A DNA stretch of 34,632 nucleotides from contig JTLS01000073.1 in assembly GCA_000826855.1 (NCBI GenBank), positions 1 through 34,632 of the forward strand. The letters run 5' to 3'. The stretch comes from Basidioascus undulatus (lineage: Eukaryota). Both the position numbers and the translations under genes were made by a program. Below, one piece after another: positions 28,701 to 34,632 of this stretch (its first letter is position 1; every line of letters begins with the position of its first letter). The notes under the pieces are model-generated. The model was not told where the DNA came from. It worked only from the letters and a program-made list of their open reading frames with translations, and did not search any database.

Positions 28701-30734
28701 ATGCCGTACCGCCCGCCCGCCCCGCTGCCGCTCCCGCGCAAGCCAACCCTCGTCTCGTCTCTGCTCTCTTCCCTGCGCCCGGCGCCTACCCTCGACGCGT
28801 GGTCCGTCCGCGCGAAGGATGTCGCGTGGCGCGGCATTCTGGGCAATGTCGGAAAGTCGGGTGTAGACACCGCGATTGGGCGGAAGGACTCGGACGTCGC
28901 GGAGGGTGTGGTCGTTGCGAGCCCAAGCGATGGTGGGGTGAAGGCGGAGACGGGCGAGAAAGAACCTAATTACCACTACACGGCAAGTCCAATCTTACAT
29001 GGTAGGGTGAGGTAGGCTGACGGGACGTGAGGGCAGTGGACGCGCGACACGACGTTGGTGCTGCCGGTGCTTCTGGACAAGCTGCACCAGTCCGGAGACG
29101 TGGAGGAGAGGGAGTACCTGCACGGGATCGTGAAGGCGTATCTGAGGGCGACCAAGAAGATGCAGGAGAACGAGAACCCTTCGGTGTCGTCTGGCTCTTA
29201 CATAATAGGTGGAATCAACTGACCGAAGCGCATCGCAGGGCGGTCTCAAAACGGGTGGCCTGGGTGCGTCAAAGCGAATCATTTGTCGCATGGGATTGGA
29301 CTGACGCGCTGAGCTCAGGCGAGCCCAAATTCATGGTCGACCTCTCTCCTTTCGATGGCGATTGGGGCGTACGTTATCCTGACTCTCTTCTAGACGTCGA
29401 CCTGCAGCTGAGGCCGTTCCCTCCAGCGCCCTCAACGCGACGGCCCACCCCTCCGCGTGCTTTTCTTTATCTCGTGCGTCCCCACCCTCTGCACTCCTAC
29501 CGTATTTTCGTACTCTTACACTACAATCCTCAGCTATGCCGAGATTCTCCTCGCCCACCCGCCGGGCACGCCCGACGCGCTTTTCTCCACGGCGTCCGAG
29601 CAAGAGGCGATGCTCAAAGCCCTCTTTGACCCTGCGTCCGAAAGCGGCGTGGTCTTCCGCGACGTGTCGTACGTTCTGGAGAACTGGGCTGACGAGGAAG
29701 GGTTTGACCTGTGCGTTGCTGGCGTTCTTCACCTGCTTTTCACGGTGCCCAGACAGCTGACTTTGGGCCTTGGGACAGGTGGGAAGAGCTCGAGGCGCCG
29801 ACGCCCTTCACGCTCCTCGTCTCGCGCGAGTCGCTCCGGCGCGCGTCCGCTCTCGCCAAAGCGCTGGCGCACCCGACGCTCTCGGCACAGTACTCCACCG
29901 CCGCGTCCGAAGTGACACCGACCCTGCAGCGCTTCATCTCCCCCTCGCGTCCCTACCTCCTCTCCGCGCCGGACCCGGAGAAGTTCGGGCGCTCCGGCCT
30001 CGACGCGGCGGTCATCCTCGCTGTGCTGCACGGCGGCGGAGACGGCCAGTGGGCGCTCACGGCGGACAGGGTGCTCAGGACGCACTTTGAGGTGCAGGAG
30101 GCGTTCAGGGGGATGTGGAGGGGGTGGAGCGAGATTAACTTTGGGAGGTGGGCAGGCGCGGTCCCGATTGGGAGGTATCCCGGTGCGTGTTCTTCGAGTA
30201 ACCGCGATTGACGACAGGGCGCTGAGCGTGTTTGATCCACAGAGGACCGCTATGACGGCGTGGAGGGGTTCGGGGAAACCAAGATGGGGAATCCCGTACG
30301 TCTCTTCAGGAGGACGATTCGCGTTCCAGTTCAAAGATCTCACCATTCTCAACCTTCGGCCGCAGTGGTACATCTGCACTCTCGCCTTCGCGACGCACCT
30401 CTACCTCGCCGCCCTGCACTTCCGCTCCAACCCGATCACGCCGACCGCGCTCTCCGCACATTTCTTCGCCCAGTTCCTCCCCTCCCTGTCCTCTTCCTCC
30501 GCGTCCTATGACACCTACCCGCCCGAGTCTGCTGCGCACGACACGATCCTGCGTGGGATGCGCACGCTCGCGGACGGGTACCTCGCGCTTGTGCAGCGGT
30601 ACGAGGGCGCGGACGGGCGCCTCGCGGAGCAGTTCAACAAGCAGGGCGGGAGGCCCCGCGGCGCGAGGGACTTGACGTGGAGCTATGAGGCGCTGTGGGG
30701 CGCTGTCAAGGCACGGGAGAGGGAGAGGAAGTAG
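28701..30734 (+). CDS. Glucoamylase, glycoside hydrolase family 15, without obvious signal peptide or CBM20
   Basis: GVVVASPS..PNYHYT/WTRD, GL/GEPKF, WG/RPQRDGP, GFDL/WEE (catalytic acid), GRYP/EDRYDG, GNP/WY and LAEQF (catalytic base)..ARDLTWSY. The first intron (28983-29036) is GC-AG. Confidence 0.93.
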
Positions 30735-31425
30735 TAGATGCGAAGGGAGAGGCGACAGGAAGGGAGGTAGAGTGATAGGTGGGTGCGGCGCTCAGAAGGC
30801 TGGCTGAGGATAAGCAAGGACTTTTGGTGCTTTACAAGTTGAGCTATGTATATCCTAGATCAAGTCCGTGTTGTGGTGAATAGATGCGTTGTCTTGATAC
30901 ATACACGTCGTCATGGACCTGCACTGACTGCCTAGTCTGCTTTGCACGACGGCTCACTTGGGCTCACTTATATGGGGAACCTCCGGAGGGAGAAGTGAGG
31001 GTAGCCCTAAGCAAGCACTCAGCGGCGAGGCGAACCAAGACCTGTTCCGGGATCGCTTGTGCCCCATACCTACAGTCTGTACCGTTGAGAGGTGTCGATA
31101 TTGGAGCACATTGGCCCGAATTGGGCCGGATTTCCCGCTTTGTCAGGTACCTTGGCAATAGCGCAAATGAAAAGGCGATAACTGCCAGCTGAGGAAGTAG
31201 CAGTTGATTTGGCAGCTTCGCCGACGGTGCGTGCGCAGCTTTCGACTGCTGACGATTCCACGAAAGTCACGCTCAAACTTGAGTAGTTGGGACGGGAAAC
31301 CAAGCAGGTATATGATAATGGTTCCAAGATAGATATCTCAAAGGTAACAATTGTCAAGTGCGAAAAGAATTCTCGATCGGTCAATGCAATGTACTCGTGG
31401 TCTGGGGACATGTAACGGTTCACAA

Positions 31426-32150
31426 TCAGCCACGCTGAGCTTGGTTAAATATGCGCATACTCGAGGTACCCACTTGTATATCACGAAGCGTTAGTATGGG
31501 AAACTCATCGCCTACGACGCTGCCGAGGAAGCCTTTCAGCGAGTCGACCGTGATGCCAGCGATGTCCTTGATCGCGCCAAGGTTGAGCTTCGCCAGGTTC
31601 TGGAGGACCTCGCTGAGCGCAGCCGGGTTCTCAATCAGCTTGTCGACCTGGAGGCGGCCTCCGGTTCACTGGTTGACCGGTGTGCAGCCCATGTCAGCAC
31701 ACGAGAAAAGGTCGGACAGAGGGGAGAGGGAAAGAAAGAAGGGGGGGACGCACGAGAGAGCCGGTGAGGTCGAGGTTCTTTTGGAGGATGTCGAGAACGT
31801 TCTGGACGCCGTCGTCGAGAGCGGAAGAAGGAGCACCAGCAAGGATCTGCTTGACGGCCTCGGAGGTGGCGGTCGCAAGGTCGTTGACGTACTTCTCCGC
31901 GTCTGCAGCGGACATGGGCAAGTCAGATTGACACGCTTCCTACAAGGCGCGATGCAATAGGGATAGACACTTACTCTGGGGGTTGGAAAGGATGCCGGTG
32001 AGGTCGGCTTGGCCCTGGGCAAGCAGGTCCTGAAGGGTCTTAGGTCGCTGGCGAGCAGGCTGTCCGCGCGCGGGTAGACAGGCGCAGCGAAGACGCCGGT
32101 GGTGCCGAGGACGGCGAGGCCGAGGAAGGTGGCGAACTTGGTGAAACGAT
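31426..32150 (-). pseudogene. Small secreted Leu/Ala-rich protein of unknown family, start codon and frame damaged
   Basis: Signal-peptide-like RFTKFATFLGLAVLGTTGVFA-APVYPRA, followed by three strongly codon-biased exons with canonical introns (KTLQDLLAQGQADLTGILSNPQ / NAEKYVNDLATA..DLTGSL / VDKLIENPAAL..). The ATG reads AT-CGT, and one base is missing near 32042. The 3' end is uncertain. Confidence 0.7.
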
Positions 32151-33397
32151 GATGAGGGTAAAGAGTGTGGGTGTTCGTAAACGAATGTGGATATAGGTGT
32201 GTGATGTGTTCGAGCGCGGTAGAGAGCTAGATGGGGAAAGAGAAAAGGTCTGTCGAGAAAGACGGTCAGGCTGTAATGGTCCGCTGTGCACTGCTTCAGA
32301 GCGTGTCCGCAGGCCGACTGCTGCCTGCCGCGCTGCCAGGGCTGCAGGGCTATCGACATTAATTCAATTTTGTCAATGACATGCAGGGATCTGGTGCACT
32401 CACCGTTTGTAAATAGCATAGGAAGAGGTGAGGGCATCCGGACCGAACTGACAACTGCCGCACTATGCTCATTAGTAGCCGTGCGGCGTGCAGGAGGGTG
32501 GCATTGTGCCACAGCGCTCTACACACCATTTCTTCTCTCCCTCGAACTGCCTGTCTGTGCGTGCACGTTGGTGGTCCTCGGATATGTAACGTCAAGAACC
32601 AAGTCGGATGAGCACGCAGCAGTGGCCTATGCCGTGGCGCGACGAGCGGTCGGTAGGAACTATGCATGCGAGGTTGTGGTGCTTCCGTCCTCAAACAAGC
32701 CTGCGCTCTGGCCTTGTTCGCAGCTTACAGGCTTTCTTTATGTGTTGCAACAAATGTTGAATAAAACCATAAGCGTCTTCAAGAGCAGTCAATCCTCTGC
32801 AAGGAATCCTTCCAAGGCTGCGTGAAACCACAGCGCCGGTGCCTACGAAGCCGCTGCCTCAACAGCTCCGCCGGTTCCGGCTACATTAGTAGTTCCTGGC
32901 TGATTAGGACCATTCAAACAAGTTCAAACGCGTCGGACATATCGGACCTCATATGGCGCTTCCTTGCTATACCGAGTACAGGAACGATGTTCGGATGGGT
33001 GCTTTGGTGCCGCGATTAAATTAGGCCAGGCTGCAACGTGCGATCCTGCGCCGTCTTGCGCCGCCTATGCAAACACCCGCTTTCCACCTACCAAATATAC
33101 GCTGCTTGCGACCCACAACGTATTTTCGGGATGTATCAGTCTTGTGTGTCGCGGGGTCTTCGAACCGCTCGGTAATAAAAGGATTCTCCATAGTCTGGCC
33201 CAGCAGTTCCATCGTTCGCAAGACTTCGGCAGTCCTCGTGACAGTCAGTCAATGGATCCCATTTAACATCAATCGCATCAATCCGCGACAGAGTCCATCC
33301 GATCTACTCATCTATCTGTCTCCTCTGTCCCGTGGAGACCCTCTCCTCATCCCAACCCTCAACCCGAGAAAAGGAAGGCCTATCTCCCCCCCGCCGC

Positions 33398-34632
33398 TCA
33401 CGCTTCCGTCCACCGAATCTCAAACCGCTTGTACCCCATCTCGTCTGCACGGCCCGTGCCCTTCTCGTAAGGCAGCGACTCCTCCTTCACGACCTCGAGT
33501 GTCCACCCCGTCTGCCCAGGCGCACGCGCAAAGACCTCGCGCACGCTCTCGACCTCGCCCACGTGCGTCGGGCGGAGCGCGATGCAGAGATGGAATGTCG
33601 GGTTCGGGTGCGTGGGAGACGGTCGGCGGAGGAGCGCGGAGCAGCACGTGTGAAGGAGGCGCGAGTGGTGCGGGTCATACCTGGGAGTCCAGAGAGAGAA
33701 TGTGAGCGGTGAGTGAGGATGAGCAAGATAATGGGAGAGAAGATACATACACAATGTCCGCGCCCAGAATCGTGTCGAACGGTTGGAGGTCCTTCGGCGG
33801 CTCCGCCCAATCAAGGAACCGAATGGTGACCTCCTCGCCCTCAAAGTTCCTGCGCACGTTGCCCCTCAAGTTCTCGAGCACCTCCTCCAGATAGTCCGTC
33901 GCGACGATCTCGCCCCCTTTCAAGCCGCCGTCGCGCTCGAGCAGACTCTTGGCCGCGACGCAGCTGACGAGCCCCGTGCCTGCGCCAACCTCCAGGATGC
34001 GCGTGCCCGGCACGACATCGTATGCGGGCGGGTCGAACGCGATCAGGCGCGAGAGGATGATCGCTGCGCCCCAGGTCTGCTGCCCGACGGTTTTGTGCGA
34101 GGAGATGGTCGCATCGTGGAGGGTGATTGGGAGAGGGGGGAGGGGAGATGGACGGGGGAAGGTGAATAGGCGGTCAAGGGAGCCGGAGGCTTTGAGCGGG
34201 AAGCGTCAGCATAAGGCGGACTATGGGATGATGATGAGAGAGGAGACGCACCAGACATGCCAGCCACACAAGCCAACACCGCCGCCGCGCCTTCAACGAC
34301 CTTCTCCCTCTCCCTCCGCTCCTCCTCCTGTCCGTCCTTGCCCTCCAGCTCGCCCACCCACTCCTCCCCCCTCGCCACGAGCCTCGTCAACCACCCGCTG
34401 GCCCACTTGCGCTCAAATGCATCGTCGTCATCGTCCGCCTCGAGATCGTCCTCCGCGACGCGCACGCCGCAGATACGGGACGTGTAGAGCTTCTTGAGGC
34501 TCGCGAGGGCGCTGAGGAGCGCGAGGGTCGACGGGAGCGTGCGGTGGACGTGGGGCAGGTGGCGCGAGGGGATGAAGCGCGTCGCGGGCGGGGCCGGGGA
34601 GGGTAGGCGCGCGAGGGTCGTCGAGAGCTCGG
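33398..34632 (-). CDS. Seven-beta-strand protein-lysine methyltransferase (Methyltransf_16; Efm2/METTL21-like), 5' end beyond the window
   Basis: FERKWASGWL, ITLHDA..VGQQTWGAAIILS, motif I ILEVGAGTGLVS, VATDY, LDW and FDTILGADIV/YD, with two introns. Confidence 0.9.

Noticed and set aside
29474..29533. Apparent missing acceptor or in-frame insertion in the glucoamylase
   Set aside because: Resolved as an ordinary GTGCGT...CAG intron giving GPPLRVLFFISYAEILL, which matches the GH15 pattern.

Overview
Eukaryotic, intron-dense fungal DNA. Introns are mostly 45-90 nt with GTRHGY donors and CTRAC branch points, and codons are GC3-rich, which suggests a basidiomycete (inferred, probably yeast-like). 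The ORF track is largely uninformative, so I reconstructed genes by splicing them by hand. Intact genes: tRNA-Trp(CCA), PRP6, COQ5, CUL1, a phenol 2-monooxygenase, a GH15 glucoamylase, and an Efm2/METTL21-type methyltransferase cut off by the window end. Interleaved with these are damaged accessory genes: a hexose transporter pseudogene with over 20 exons, an internally deleted phenol monooxygenase paralog, an inverted remnant of a third monooxygenase copy, a frameshifted alpha/beta hydrolase, and a small secreted protein that has lost its ATG. The most unusual signals concern splicing. (1) An otherwise intact monooxygenase has an intron with no AG acceptor after its branch point, and its duplicate shares this. 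(2) CUL1 has a 298-nt AG-free intron with a very distant branch point. (3) The last CUL1 exon codes only the stop codon. (4) The duplicated monooxygenase fragment supplies an in-frame upstream ATG to the glucoamylase. I saw no transposon, CRISPR array or rRNA.
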